Of a DNA stretch of 32,000 bases, positions 17,076 to 27,531 are shown in pieces. Origin of the DNA: Promethearchaeota archaeon (GTDB lineage: Archaea > Asgardarchaeota > Lokiarchaeia > Sigyniarchaeales > SOKP01). Made by a program: the position numbers and the translations under genes. The stretch is taken from the NCBI GenBank assembly GCA_030606485.1, contig JAUWGH010000001.1, positions 1 through 32,000 on the forward strand, read 5' to 3'. Under the pieces are notes generated by a model that saw nothing but the letters and a program-made list of their open reading frames with translations, made no database searches and was not told the DNA's origin. Every line of letters begins with the position of its first letter. Position 1 is the first letter of the stretch.

Positions 17076-20000
17076 TTATTCTTTTTTATTTTTTCTTTCC
17101 TGAAGTCTTTTTCTTAAATCCTCTCGCCGTTTTCTTCTTTCTTCTAATCTCTGTTTAATGTCTTGTTCTTTCATTTTTTCCGCTTCTAATTTTTTTGTTT
17201 TTTCTGTCTTTACTCTTTCAATCTTTGTTTTTCTTTCTTTCTGTGCTGTTTTTAATTGATCTATATATTGCTCTACTCTGTTTGCTTCTCTTTCCCAATC
17301 CTTTCCTAATTCTTTAAAAATATGATGAGCTTTTTCAGCAAATTGGATTGCTCTTGATAAATTATTTCTTCTCTCTGCCATTTTACATTTATTCATATAA
17401 CTAAATGCTGCTTCAGAATCTACTTTTCTGCCAATAACATCTCCAGTTTCTTCAATTTCTCGTTTTATTCTTTTTTCCTTAACATTGATTTTATTTATAT
17501 CAATTTGTTCAATAATAATTTTTAAAGCATTAGCCCATTGAATTTCTTCAAAAATTTCTTTTACTTCTACTAATACTGAAACAACACGCATATATTTTGC
17601 TCGTAGGCTTGCTCTTTCAGCTTCATCTAATAAATTATAGGCCCTATCTATTTCTTTAAAATATTCTTTTTTTTCAATTTTTTCCTCTTGAATTATCGGA
17701 ATTAAGCTTTGATTTGTGATTCCATCAATTTTAAGTTTAATTTTTTGGGCTTCCTTCTTCCAACCTGAATTAATAAATTCAGAATAAACTTTTCTGAGCA
17801 ATCTTACGGCAGAATTAAACTTTTTACTATTAATTAATTCATTTGCTTCATCCAAAGCTTGATAAGATTCCGCTTCTTTACTTTTAAGTTTTATTTTTTC
17901 CTTCTCTTTTTTTAAATATTTGCTTCGTAACTTTGCTGCAGAACTTTTTTCTAATTCAGATTGTATTCTTTCGGATTCAGACATTAATTCTTCCATTTTT
18001 TTCTTTTCTCTGCTTATATGTTTTAATCTTTCTTTTCTCTCTTCAACTTCTCTCATTTTCTTTTTTAAGTAAAATAAATGGTCTTGATCAATTTTTGTAA
18101 CTTCTTGTTTCCACCCCAATTCCCCAAAAATTTGACGTGCTTCCGTATATTGTTCATATGCCTTATCAAATTTCTCTTTTAAAATGAAATTGGAAGCTTT
18201 ATCGATTAATCTAAACGCGTTTTCACCCTTTCTTTTTTCTTCCTTCTTTTTAACAGCAAGTTCTGATAATCTCTCTTTACGTTTTTCTCTTTCTTTTTCA
18301 AGTATATGTCTAAATTTTTGTTCCATTTCTCTTTCTTCAACAAGTTTAGCTGCTTCAATTTCTTTAGCTTTCTCAAATCTTTGAGAAAAAGTCTCTCTTT
18401 CCTTTTTAAGCGAAAGAATAGTATTTGTTATTAAAATAATCCCTTCTTTATAATTAATCTCTTCGAAAATCTTTTTACTCTCGTCATATAATTCAATAGA
18501 TTCATCAAATTTCTTATTCCTTAATTTAGATTTTGCTTGATCCATTAATTGAAATGCTTTTTCCTGCAATTGTTCGATTAATTTTTCCCTTTCTTCAGCT
18601 TCATATAACTTTTTTCTCTTTAAATCTAATTCTCTGTCTTTTAGAGCTTTTTGCTCATCTGTTAATTTTTGAATCTCTAATTTTTCTTTTTCCTTTTCAA
18701 ATTCTTTAATTTTTTCTAACTCTCGAAATTTAATATCTTTCACTAATTTATTTTTATAATGGGTAATTGTCGCTATTAGGGATTCTGCTTGCTCATTCCA
18801 ATCGACAGATTGTAATTTATTTTTAGCCTTTCTGTAAATTTTAATTACTTCTTCATAGGGACAAGGTTTTGAAAAATCTTTATATTTCAAATTCTTTTCA
18901 TATTCTCTTGCCATATTTTCTGCAACATTAATCATTTCATCTATCTCTTTCTGAACTTGAAGTTCTTCCTTTTTCTTTTTCTCATATTTCATCATTCTTA
19001 GGTCTGCTGCAACCGAATCTTTTAAAGATTCTTGAGGGGGAAAATATTCCATTTCAACCTTCTCAAATTTTTGCCGTTCAAATTCTCTAAATTTTTTATC
19101 ATGTTCTAATTTTTGTTCATAATGTTTAATGGTTTCTCTATAAGCTTTAATTTGATCTGTCCATCCAGTTTCCTTGAGAATCTCAATTATATCTTCATAA
19201 ATCTCTATTATGTTTTCATAGGGACAAACCTTTGAAAAATCTTTTTTTCTAAGTGTTAATTCATATTCTCTTGCTAATGATTCTGCATAATTAACTTTTT
19301 TTTGTATTTCCTCTTCAATCCGTTCTTGTTTTTTCTTTTTTGTCTCTAATTCCATTTGTTTATCTAACATTTCTTGACTTTTTGCGTCATCCACCAAAGG
19401 AGTAATAACAACCTCGTCTATTTCTTGTTTTCGGCGTTCTAACTCTCTTAATCTGATGTCACGAACGGATTTTTCCTCATAATGTTTAATCGTTTCTGAA
19501 TATGGTTTGATTTGATCAGTCCATCCTGCATTTTTAAGAATTCCGATTAATTCTTCATAAATTATAATTATTTCATCAAATGGAGATTCTAAAGAGAAAT
19601 CTTTTTTTTTCAATGCTAGCTCATATTCTCTCTCTAATGATTCTGCATAATTCACTCTATCTTGGATTTCATTTTCAATTTGTTGTTGTTTAAGCTTCTT
19701 TTGTTCCAATTCAATTCTTTTATCTGTAATCTCTTGGCTTTTTGCGTCATCCGCCAAAGGAGTAATAATGACCTCGTCTTTTTCCTGTTTTTGGCGTTCT
19801 AACTCTCTCAATTTTAAATCATGGGCCAATTCTTGCTCATAATACTTAATAGTTCCCCTATAAGGCTTAATTTGCTCCATCCATTCTACTTCTTTAAGAA
19901 TTTTTATAATATCTTCATAAATCAAAATTATTTCATTATATGGAGCTTTTTGAGAAAAATCTTTCTTTCTCAAGGCTAAATCATACTCTCTCTCTAACTG

Positions 20001-21767
20001 TTCTGCGTAATTTATTCTATCTTGAATCTCCTTTTCTATTTGCTTCTGTTTTTTCTTCTTTAACTCCAATTTATCTCTTTTATCGGTTACAGCTTGAGTT
20101 TCAATTTGATCTTCAACAGGTGATACAGATATTAATTCTTCTTCCTTCTTTTGGCGTTCGATCTCTCTTAATTTTAAATCACGAGCTAATTTTTGCTCGA
20201 AATGTTTAATAGTTTTTTTATACGGATTAATTTGATCAGTCCAACCGGTTTTATTAAGGATTTCTATTATTTCTTCATAAGTTGAAATAATCTCCCTATA
20301 TGGATTTTGTTGATCAAACTTTCCTTTCTTTAAAGCTTTCTTATAATCCCTTTCTAATTTCCCTACATAATTTACTTTATCTTGAATCTCTTTTTCAATT
20401 CTTTTCCGTTCTATCTTTTGTTGCTCTAATTTTTTTAATTTTTCTTCCTTTTGAATTGACGCTTTTTGGAGAGATTCTTGTTTGATTAATTCAAATTCTT
20501 TTAATTTATTTTGTTGAATTTGTAATTGTGCTTGCCTTTCCTTCTCTTTTAAAAGCAATTTTGAATATTTATTCTTCTTCATTTTTAATTTTTTAATTAA
20601 TTCTTGAATCTTAGGGACTTCTGAATGCCAACCTATTTCTTTAAAAATTTCAGTCGCAAGTAAATAATTCTCCAGAGCTTCATCAAATTGATTTTCTTCT
20701 TCAAGTTCTGAAGATTCTCCCAACAGATCATATGCTTCTATACTTAGGTCTTTTTCATTTTGCTTTTTTTGTTGATACGCTTTTATTTTAGTATCTTTTA
20801 CATCTTCAACATACTTTTTTAATTCTTGTTGTTTTAATAAAAATTCTTGACCTTTTTCAAATATTTCTTTACTTACCTCTTGTTTTTTCAATTGTTCTTG
20901 CTGTAATATCATAAATCTCTTCTGTTTTTCCTCCAAATCCTTAATAAATTGTTGAATCTTATGAATTTCACTTTGCCAATTGATCTCATTAAATAATTGT
21001 ATTGCTTGATTATAATTTTTTAGTGCTTTCTCAAATTCATTGGATTGGATTAGCTCTGAGGCTGCACCCAACAGATCATATGCTTCCATACTTAGGTCTT
21101 TTTCTTTTTGCTTTTTTTGTTGATACATTTTTAATTTTGTTTCTTTTATATCTTCAGATTTCTGTAGAAATTCTCCATGTTGTGAAATTATTTCTTGTTC
21201 TTTTTCTGTTATTTTTTTCTTTTTTTCAATAATTTTTATTTTTTTTTCCTGTGTTTTTAGAAATTCATTTTTCCTATCATTCAATTCCTTAATTAGCAGC
21301 TCCACCTTAGGAACTTCTGAAGTCCAACCTATCTCCTGGAAAATATTTTTTGCTTGCATGTATTTCTCAAGAGCTTTATCAAATTGATTGAATTGGCTAA
21401 AATTTGACCCGTTTTCCAAATAATCATATGCCAATTTACTTTTTTCTTCTATTTCTTCTTTTTTCTTAGCGAAAACCGCTAATTTCTCTTTTTTTAACTG
21501 AGCTTTATCTACTTCTTCACTCTTTTGTTCGCTTTTCGGAAAAATTTGATTATATTTATTATGTGCCTCTTCAATTAATTTTTCAGTTTTTTGAACTTCA
21601 TTTTCATAACCAGGTATCTGTTTCAATATATCTATGGCTTTATTATAACAGTCTATACCGTCATTGAATTTATCCAATTCAATAAGTTCCTTCCCCATAT
21701 TGATTATCTTAAATACTTGTTTTACAAGATCATCATCAACATTATCTGAATTAGCGGGATTTTTCAA
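17076..21767 (-). CDS. 1563-aa charged helical repeat protein (TPR/MIT-like bundles joined by coiled coils)
   Basis: Nine A(Y/F)xL..A..L....F..A...Y..A...F.E.xW..E..KI units and five about 120-aa units, separated by E/K/Q-rich coils; TTG start. Confidence 0.9.
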   Translation of the reverse strand: MKNPANSDNVDDDLVKQVFKIINMGKELIELDKFNDGIDCYNKAIDILKQIPGYENEVQKTEKLIEEAHNKYNQIFPKSEQKSEEVDKAQLKKEKLAVFAKKKEEIEEKSKLAYDYLENGSNFSQFNQFDKALEKYMQAKNIFQEIGWTSEVPKVELLIKELNDRKNEFLKTQEKKIKIIEKKKKITEKEQEIISQHGEFLQKSEDIKETKLKMYQQKKQKEKDLSMEAYDLLGAASELIQSNEFEKALKNYNQAIQLFNEINWQSEIHKIQQFIKDLEEKQKRFMILQQEQLKKQEVSKEIFEKGQEFLLKQQELKKYVEDVKDTKIKAYQQKKQNEKDLSIEAYDLLGESSELEEENQFDEALENYLLATEIFKEIGWHSEVPKIQELIKKLKMKKNKYSKLLLKEKERQAQLQIQQNKLKEFELIKQESLQKASIQKEEKLKKLEQQKIERKRIEKEIQDKVNYVGKLERDYKKALKKGKFDQQNPYREIISTYEEIIEILNKTGWTDQINPYKKTIKHFEQKLARDLKLREIERQKKEEELISVSPVEDQIETQAVTDKRDKLELKKKKQKQIEKEIQDRINYAEQLEREYDLALRKKDFSQKAPYNEIILIYEDIIKILKEVEWMEQIKPYRGTIKYYEQELAHDLKLRELERQKQEKDEVIITPLADDAKSQEITDKRIELEQKKLKQQQIENEIQDRVNYAESLEREYELALKKKDFSLESPFDEIIIIYEELIGILKNAGWTDQIKPYSETIKHYEEKSVRDIRLRELERRKQEIDEVVITPLVDDAKSQEMLDKQMELETKKKKQERIEEEIQKKVNYAESLAREYELTLRKKDFSKVCPYENIIEIYEDIIEILKETGWTDQIKAYRETIKHYEQKLEHDKKFREFERQKFEKVEMEYFPPQESLKDSVAADLRMMKYEKKKKEELQVQKEIDEMINVAENMAREYEKNLKYKDFSKPCPYEEVIKIYRKAKNKLQSVDWNEQAESLIATITHYKNKLVKDIKFRELEKIKEFEKEKEKLEIQKLTDEQKALKDRELDLKRKKLYEAEEREKLIEQLQEKAFQLMDQAKSKLRNKKFDESIELYDESKKIFEEINYKEGIILITNTILSLKKERETFSQRFEKAKEIEAAKLVEEREMEQKFRHILEKEREKRKERLSELAVKKKEEKRKGENAFRLIDKASNFILKEKFDKAYEQYTEARQIFGELGWKQEVTKIDQDHLFYLKKKMREVEERKERLKHISREKKKMEELMSESERIQSELEKSSAAKLRSKYLKKEKEKIKLKSKEAESYQALDEANELINSKKFNSAVRLLRKVYSEFINSGWKKEAQKIKLKIDGITNQSLIPIIQEEKIEKKEYFKEIDRAYNLLDEAERASLRAKYMRVVSVLVEVKEIFEEIQWANALKIIIEQIDINKINVKEKRIKREIEETGDVIGRKVDSEAAFSYMNKCKMAERRNNLSRAIQFAEKAHHIFKELGKDWEREANRVEQYIDQLKTAQKERKTKIERVKTEKTKKLEAEKMKEQDIKQRLEERRKRREDLRKRLQERKNKKE
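18700..20395 (-). repeat. Five intragenic tandem units with a 360-nt period (last interval 363 nt)
   Basis: Equivalent codons recur at 20021/20381 (cttgaatctc), 19261/19621/19981 (tcata.tctc) and 19381/19741 (tttgcgtcatcc.ccaaaggagtaata). Outer boundaries are approximate. Confidence 0.9.
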
Positions 21768-21990
21768 TAATTTTCACTACTTTTTTATAGTTTTAAGATC
21801 TAATACTACAAATAACAATAAAACACTTGTATTATAATTTCATTGATTTTTAATTGCATAAATGGATATTTGATATTAAGAAGACTATAATTTTAATTTT
21901 TTATGTCAAAATTCCATCAGAAATTTATAAAATTTGAAAAAAAGGAAATAATTAATCTCTTAAGTTTATGATTTATCAATTATTCTAATT

Positions 21991-22066
21991 TTGATCGCAC
22001 ATTCGGCCTCCTTCAGAGGTCAATGTTATTTAGAAATTGATCGCACATTCGGCCTCCTTCAGAGGT
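21991..22066. repeat. Perfect 30-bp direct repeat with 16-bp spacer
   Basis: TTGATCGCACATTCGGCCTCCTTCAGAGGT at 21991-22020 and 22037-22066. Confidence 0.97.
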
Positions 22067-22396
22067 TAAATTCCATCCATTCTCCTCTTTTTTTACATAA
22101 CCAAGTGATTTTATGTTATTTAGAACTTCGAGTACTTCATCTCTTTTCTTTTGAATATTAAAATCCACGCGTAGTGAGAATATTATTTCATCAATTGGGA
22201 CTGGTGAATTAAGTTCATCTTCCATGACTCCTAGTGCTGCTAGAACTTCATTTTGTTGCCCAATATCACTATCCATACGTCTTTGTTGCTCATCTAATAA
22301 CCAAGGATAATCAACTAACATTTGTTTGATTTTTTCTTCATCTCCTCTTTTAAAATAAAATTCAAAATCATCCCGTATTTTTTTCTTTTTTGCCAT
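22013..22396 (-). CDS. Hypothetical protein with probable C-terminal winged helix
   Basis: L..IKSLGYVKKEENGWNLTSEG is a typical wing; ATG at 22396 (MAKKKK) preferred over GTG at 22408. Confidence 0.75.
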   Translation of the reverse strand: MAKKKKIRDDFEFYFKRGDEEKIKQMLVDYPWLLDEQQRRMDSDIGQQNEVLAALGVMEDELNSPVPIDEIIFSLRVDFNIQKKRDEVLEVLNNIKSLGYVKKEENGWNLTSEGGRMCDQFLNNIDL

Positions 22397-22510
22397 TCTT
22401 GAATGCACTTAAACTATATATCTATTGCAATTTAATATAATATAATCTAAAATAATAAATAAATAAAATACATCTATTTATATCGTATTATTAATAATTA
22501 AAAAAAATTA

Positions 22511-25500
22511 ATGATAAATATGTCGCAAAATAAGAAGAAATCTTGTAAGAAACATGACAAGTTCAATTATTACTGCAAAGATTGTAGGGCAGCAAATGAG
22601 GAGCAAAAAGAAAAAGAAAAACTACTCTATCCAGATGCAATCGAAAAAGGGAAAATTAAGGAGGAAAAATTTAAAGTCAGCAAAAAGATTACACCCCCAT
22701 ATGAACGTGGTCCTTACAAAAAAGATATTAAAGAACCCTCAAGAGAACCTCGATATAAATACACTCCAATAAAAAAAATAAAAGAATTTAAAAAATATCT
22801 TTTACTCTTGATTCCGTTAATCGCAATTATCTTCTTGTTATCAATATTTTGGTTTATCCCCAGTTGGACAGCAGGAATAAATTTAGAAATTCAACTCTAT
22901 TTTAACAAAGCGGGAGGGTTAAATTATGTCGAAATTTTAACACTAAATTTTTGGAGCGCAAATTTTATATTAAATAAAACTGCCTTAATTGGAGCCTTTT
23001 TAGGCGTAATTATCATGAGCATTCCCCCAGAAAGATCTCTTTTTACTCTCCTCGGCACTTATTTGGGATGGGGCCGGCCCTCTAGGATTAAAGCGATGAT
23101 TTATTGGTGGACAATAGGTTTTGGAGTTTTTTATTTAATTGGTCAATTGATTGATGCAGGGTCATATTTTAGTTGGGCAATTTATCTTTTAGATAATGAA
23201 ATTTTTGATTTATCTCCAAATCTGATGAGTAATGCATTTAATGTGCTTTTTGATCAAAATAGCACGGATTTAACAAGTATCTTTCTCTATGCGGCGCTTT
23301 ATTTACCCATAATAAATTTTGTTTTGGGAGTTATTATTTTTCGGATTATTTTAAACATAATAAAAAATTTATATCTTAGAAGGAACGATTTTTACGCTCT
23401 TGCAGATCTCTTTTTGATTATAGGTATTATTTTCGGATTAGTTTTTTTAAATTTACCGATATTTTCCTTGGACGGTTTGAATCTGCTGCAATCGGCGTCC
23501 TTAATTCTTGGTTTTATTGGATTTATTGTATTGGGGATTATAATTGATGGATATGGGTTTTTATTTATTAAGAAACATGGAAGAGGTTTTATAATGGTGA
23601 GTTCCCACCAGAAAAAAATGGGTATATTAGCTATTGGGTTAATAGTTATTATTATAATTCCACTCATTATTAGCATACCAGTGGCAGTTAATATTGAATC
23701 AAATACTTACACATGGGAAGTAGAAAGATGGAATAAAAAAATAGCCCGTGAAGTCGAGTGGACTCGAATCTGCGCTGGATTGGACATGTTTGAAGAACGT
23801 ACTATAGAGAATTATACGGAATCTACTATTACTCCCGATTCGCAAATTATACCTCTCATCCGTCAATATGATCAAAGTGTAGCTATTCAGAAAATGTCTG
23901 CACAGATTGCTTCAAAATATGAATCTATAGCAGATAGTGATATTATCTATATTGGAGGGACTGAATATTGGGTTTCACCAAAAACTCTACGAATGTCTGG
24001 CATAACTCCCGGTGGAGTAGAGTTACATACAGCCCTTTTTGATCATGTGGAAGGATTTCTTGCTATGGATACGTTCACTGGTGATTTATTAACAACTGAA
24101 AGTGAATATCTAAATGTTTTTAATGTATCTTCGAATTATCCAATATTTTTTGGTGAACGCGAGAGTACTGTCTTTGCTGCACAATATTATTCTACTGCAG
24201 ATGAGGGGGACTTTTTTGATTTTACTGAAGCAGGTCTTGGGGCATATGAGACAGATATTCTTTTAAATACAACGTGGTCAGCAGGAATTGAAAACTTAGA
24301 ACATGCATATGAAGGAGCACCAGATGGAGAATTAGAGGGACTAGAGCAATTTTTTTTTACTTCTAACCTAGGATTATTTCCATACGCTTTAAATTTAACA
24401 GAAAGTAGTTATTTAATTAATAGAAATATAAAAACCAGAATCTCTGAAGCACTTTTACCTGGGCTTTGGCTAGATCCTGATCCATATCTTATTTTTAATA
24501 CGAATGCTGGTAAAGTATATTATGGGGTTTCTATATGCACTAATATTGTTATAGGGTCTTATTCCAAGAGTCCTATATATAGATTTTTAGGAATTTGCTT
24601 AATAGATCTTTTAGATGGCAGAATGACATTTTATAAGAATCCTGCTTTAAAAGAAAATATTAACGATGATTTGACTTATCCATTTTGGAAAATCTATCTA
24701 GAAAAATATCCATGGAAGAATGTACCAAGTTGGTTAAAATATCAATTAAGATACCCAGAAACGCTTTTTGAATTACAATTAGCTTACGAATATATATATC
24801 ATGTTCAAGAAGCTACGACATTCCGAAGAGGTGATGATTTTCATGAGCGACCAGAAGGTGGAAATCTTTTCTATATAGAAACTGATTTAGGTGATGGTAT
24901 TGAGTATGTTGGAGTTGATTTAGCTGAGTATATTGGTAGAGAGGCAAGAATTCTTTCAGGTTTATACGTAATAAGACATGGAGATAATTTTGGACAAGCA
25001 ATATTATATCATACAAGACATCTAACTAGCGTTAATTTAATTGGACCAGTAACAGCTAGAGAATATTATGGTACTGCAGCAACCAAAGAAATTGAATTAA
25101 TTACAAATCCTAGACACGGAAATACATTAATCTATCCATTGGCTGGTTCCCTTTATTATTTTGTACCTACCTATGCTACAGTAGGTGGTATTCAAGATTT
25201 AAAATTAGTAGGGTTAGTCGATGGATTTTCAGATATAGATCCCGGTTATGGTGTAACCGCAATTGAGGCATATAACGTTTTGAATATAACAGCCGAAGAA
25301 GAACCAAGTGAAGGTGTCTCATTTAGTTATACTTATGATTCTTCTGTAGAGTATCCGAACCCAGCCAATTCGAGAATCCAAGTAGAAGTTGATTGCAATC
25401 TCTCACTTATAGCAAAGGATGTAGTAGTAAAAGTATTGATCTATTCTGATCTTGTTACTGTTTCCATTCCTTCTGGTGAGAGTTTAATTAAAAGTGCATT

Positions 25501-25714
25501 CACGTGGGGCGATGGCAATATTGGTTATAATTATACGTTATTTAAAAAAGATCTTTATCCGGGCGAAGGAAAAATCCTTACTGCACAGTTCTATGCTGCG
25601 AGTTCAGTGAGTGCCTCTGGACTTTTAGTTATGTTTGAATATATATTAATTGTGGATGATGTAGTTATTTACACAAGTGAAAAAAATTCGATATTATTTA
25701 CTAAAAGCATTTAG
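22511..25714 (+). CDS. UPF0182 (COG1615)-family membrane protein with N- and C-terminal additions
   Basis: Seven or more TM segments followed by RQYD, PIFFGE, RNIKTRI, LWLDPDPY, LRYPETLFELQ and YHV, matching family motifs as I recall them. Start may be ATG 22520. Confidence 0.8.
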   Translation: MINMSQNKKKSCKKHDKFNYYCKDCRAANEEQKEKEKLLYPDAIEKGKIKEEKFKVSKKITPPYERGPYKKDIKEPSREPRYKYTPIKKIKEFKKYLLLLIPLIAIIFLLSIFWFIPSWTAGINLEIQLYFNKAGGLNYVEILTLNFWSANFILNKTALIGAFLGVIIMSIPPERSLFTLLGTYLGWGRPSRIKAMIYWWTIGFGVFYLIGQLIDAGSYFSWAIYLLDNEIFDLSPNLMSNAFNVLFDQNSTDLTSIFLYAALYLPIINFVLGVIIFRIILNIIKNLYLRRNDFYALADLFLIIGIIFGLVFLNLPIFSLDGLNLLQSASLILGFIGFIVLGIIIDGYGFLFIKKHGRGFIMVSSHQKKMGILAIGLIVIIIIPLIISIPVAVNIESNTYTWEVERWNKKIAREVEWTRICAGLDMFEERTIENYTESTITPDSQIIPLIRQYDQSVAIQKMSAQIASKYESIADSDIIYIGGTEYWVSPKTLRMSGITPGGVELHTALFDHVEGFLAMDTFTGDLLTTESEYLNVFNVSSNYPIFFGERESTVFAAQYYSTADEGDFFDFTEAGLGAYETDILLNTTWSAGIENLEHAYEGAPDGELEGLEQFFFTSNLGLFPYALNLTESSYLINRNIKTRISEALLPGLWLDPDPYLIFNTNAGKVYYGVSICTNIVIGSYSKSPIYRFLGICLIDLLDGRMTFYKNPALKENINDDLTYPFWKIYLEKYPWKNVPSWLKYQLRYPETLFELQLAYEYIYHVQEATTFRRGDDFHERPEGGNLFYIETDLGDGIEYVGVDLAEYIGREARILSGLYVIRHGDNFGQAILYHTRHLTSVNLIGPVTAREYYGTAATKEIELITNPRHGNTLIYPLAGSLYYFVPTYATVGGIQDLKLVGLVDGFSDIDPGYGVTAIEAYNVLNITAEEEPSEGVSFSYTYDSSVEYPNPANSRIQVEVDCNLSLIAKDVVVKVLIYSDLVTVSIPSGESLIKSAFTWGDGNIGYNYTLFKKDLYPGEGKILTAQFYAASSVSASGLLVMFEYILIVDDVVIYTSEKNSILFTKSI

Positions 25715-25739
25715 TCTCAGATAAAACAAGAAAATCAAC

Positions 25740-25758
25740 TTTTTTTTTTAAATTTTTT
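25740..25758 (+). terminator. Oligo-T tract between convergent genes
   Basis: T10-AAA-T6, 26 nt after the stop at 25714. Confidence 0.5.
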
Positions 25759-25787
25759 ACTTGATTTTTATAAAAAAGAGCCTATTA

Positions 25788-26504
25788 TTATAATTCTGCT
25801 AATAAACTTTCAACTTCAGATTTAGAAAGCAATTTATATATTTTCTCTTCACTAGAGATATGAGAAATTTTAATAGTTTCTGCTGTTAAGTCATCATCAA
25901 CACTTTCCTTTATAGCTCTTATTGCTAACAATTGAATTTCTCTTAATGAAAAGGTTGGGTTATATTCCTTCTCAATAAATTCCCTTGCAGTGCTCTCTCC
26001 CGACCCTAATGCATAAGCTTTAAAACTACGATATATCCCGCTTGGAGATGTTGTATAAATCTGAGGCCCATCTGAATCATAACCAATAAAAAATAAACTA
26101 CAACCGAAGGGTCGAATTCCGCCATACTGTGTATAGATTTGTTTTAAATCCGCAATAGATTTTACTAACATATTTATTCTTACTGGTTCATCATATGTTA
26201 ATCTATAAGATTGAGCTTGTACCCTTGCATAGTTTACCAATACCCTAGAATCTGCATGTAAACCTGAAATTGCACACCCTATATGTTTATCAATCTTAAA
26301 TAACTTATCGATTGAATCAATTTCCATTAAAGAAGATGCAATTTTAATATGTGCAGCTAAACACACATCATTTTTTGTTTTTATTCCTACAATTAAAGTT
26401 CCTCTTCTAACTGCCTCTAACGCATACTCTACTTGATATAATCTTCCCTCTGGGGAGAAAATAGTTAGAGCTCGATCATATTGAATTTTTCCGCCTCCAA
26501 ACAT
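25788..26504 (-). CDS. psmA: 20S proteasome alpha subunit
   Basis: YDRALTIFSPEGRLYQVEYALEAVRRG, GIRPFGCSL, ALGSG; ATG at 26504 (MFGG) preferred over TTG at 26516. Confidence 0.96.
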   Translation of the reverse strand: MFGGGKIQYDRALTIFSPEGRLYQVEYALEAVRRGTLIVGIKTKNDVCLAAHIKIASSLMEIDSIDKLFKIDKHIGCAISGLHADSRVLVNYARVQAQSYRLTYDEPVRINMLVKSIADLKQIYTQYGGIRPFGCSLFFIGYDSDGPQIYTTSPSGIYRSFKAYALGSGESTAREFIEKEYNPTFSLREIQLLAIRAIKESVDDDLTAETIKISHISSEEKIYKLLSKSEVESLLAEL

Positions 26505-26715
26505 CTCAGTTTTCAACCAAATTTTTAATAGTTAAACTTTTTATGAAATATTAATAAAAATTCCTACTTCTAGGTACAATAATAAAGAATTATCTTTTAT
26601 AAAATTAGATTTATCAAAATATAATTATTGTAGGAATAAATGGTTATAAAAATCTAATCAAGGAGAATTCTCAATTAAATAGTAAAAATTACTTTTTTTT
26701 ATCGTAAGTTCTTAT

Positions 26716-27261
26716 TCATAATTCTAAATTTACTTTTTTAAGAATTGCTAATACAAGCGATTTAAAAGCCTCTTTAATATTACCTCCCGTTTTTGCAGAA
26801 GTTTCAAAATAGCCTCCTGAATCATATTCTTCACTAATTGCTCGACCTTCTTCTGTCCCTACTTCCCTATAATCTTGTGCTAAATCAATCTTGTTTCCTA
26901 ACATCACTGATTGTTTCTGCCCAATTACTTTTTCTGCCTCTTCTTTCCAATTCGGTAGGTTTGTGAATGAACTCCGGCGTGTAACATCAAAAACATACAT
27001 TATTGCTGCAGCTCCACGATAGAAGGGGGGGCGAACAAATGAAAAATGACGTTGTCCAGCTAAATCCCAGAGTTGTAATCGTACCTCTAAATCAGGATAT
27101 TCTGGAATTTCAACTTTTTTAATCGCGAAATTGCTTCCAATCGTCATCACATATTGTTCGGTAAATTTCTTCTCTGTATATTGTAAAACTAAGGAAGTTT
27201 TTCCTACTCCTCCATCACCAATAACTACCACTTTATATATTAGTGCTTTTTTTATTGACAT
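26716..27261 (-). CDS. Rab-like small GTPase, no C-terminal prenylation motif
   Basis: G1 GDGGVGKT, G2 TIGSNF, G3 WDLAGQ, FYRGA, G4 NKID, G5 ETSAK; ends KKVNLEL. Confidence 0.93.
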   Translation of the reverse strand: MSIKKALIYKVVVIGDGGVGKTSLVLQYTEKKFTEQYVMTIGSNFAIKKVEIPEYPDLEVRLQLWDLAGQRHFSFVRPPFYRGAAAIMYVFDVTRRSSFTNLPNWKEEAEKVIGQKQSVMLGNKIDLAQDYREVGTEEGRAISEEYDSGGYFETSAKTGGNIKEAFKSLVLAILKKVNLEL

Positions 27262-27531
27262 GTTTGTAAAATAACTGTCTATTTTTTATTGGCTTGATAG
27301 ATTATTAATTTAATTCTAATAATTTGCTTTAATAAATATTTAGTATTTTAGAATTAATATAATTTATTTTTAATTTTAATTTCTAACGCTTTCAAGGTTC
27401 TTTTAGAACGATCTTTATAACAATACAGTATGGGTTTTTAAAAATTTGACTATTTATTCTAAAATTAGGAATTTTTATTTATTTATTATATTTCCACTAT
27501 TAATTTTAGTATTTCTACGCAATAAGTTGCA

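Noticed and set aside
18184-21232. Four short plus-strand ORFs inside the giant gene
   Set aside because: Antisense shadows of Glu/Lys-rich codons.
21991-22066. Mini CRISPR array
   Set aside because: Only two repeats, the 16-nt spacer is too short, the repeat is in-frame coding sequence, and no cas genes are present.
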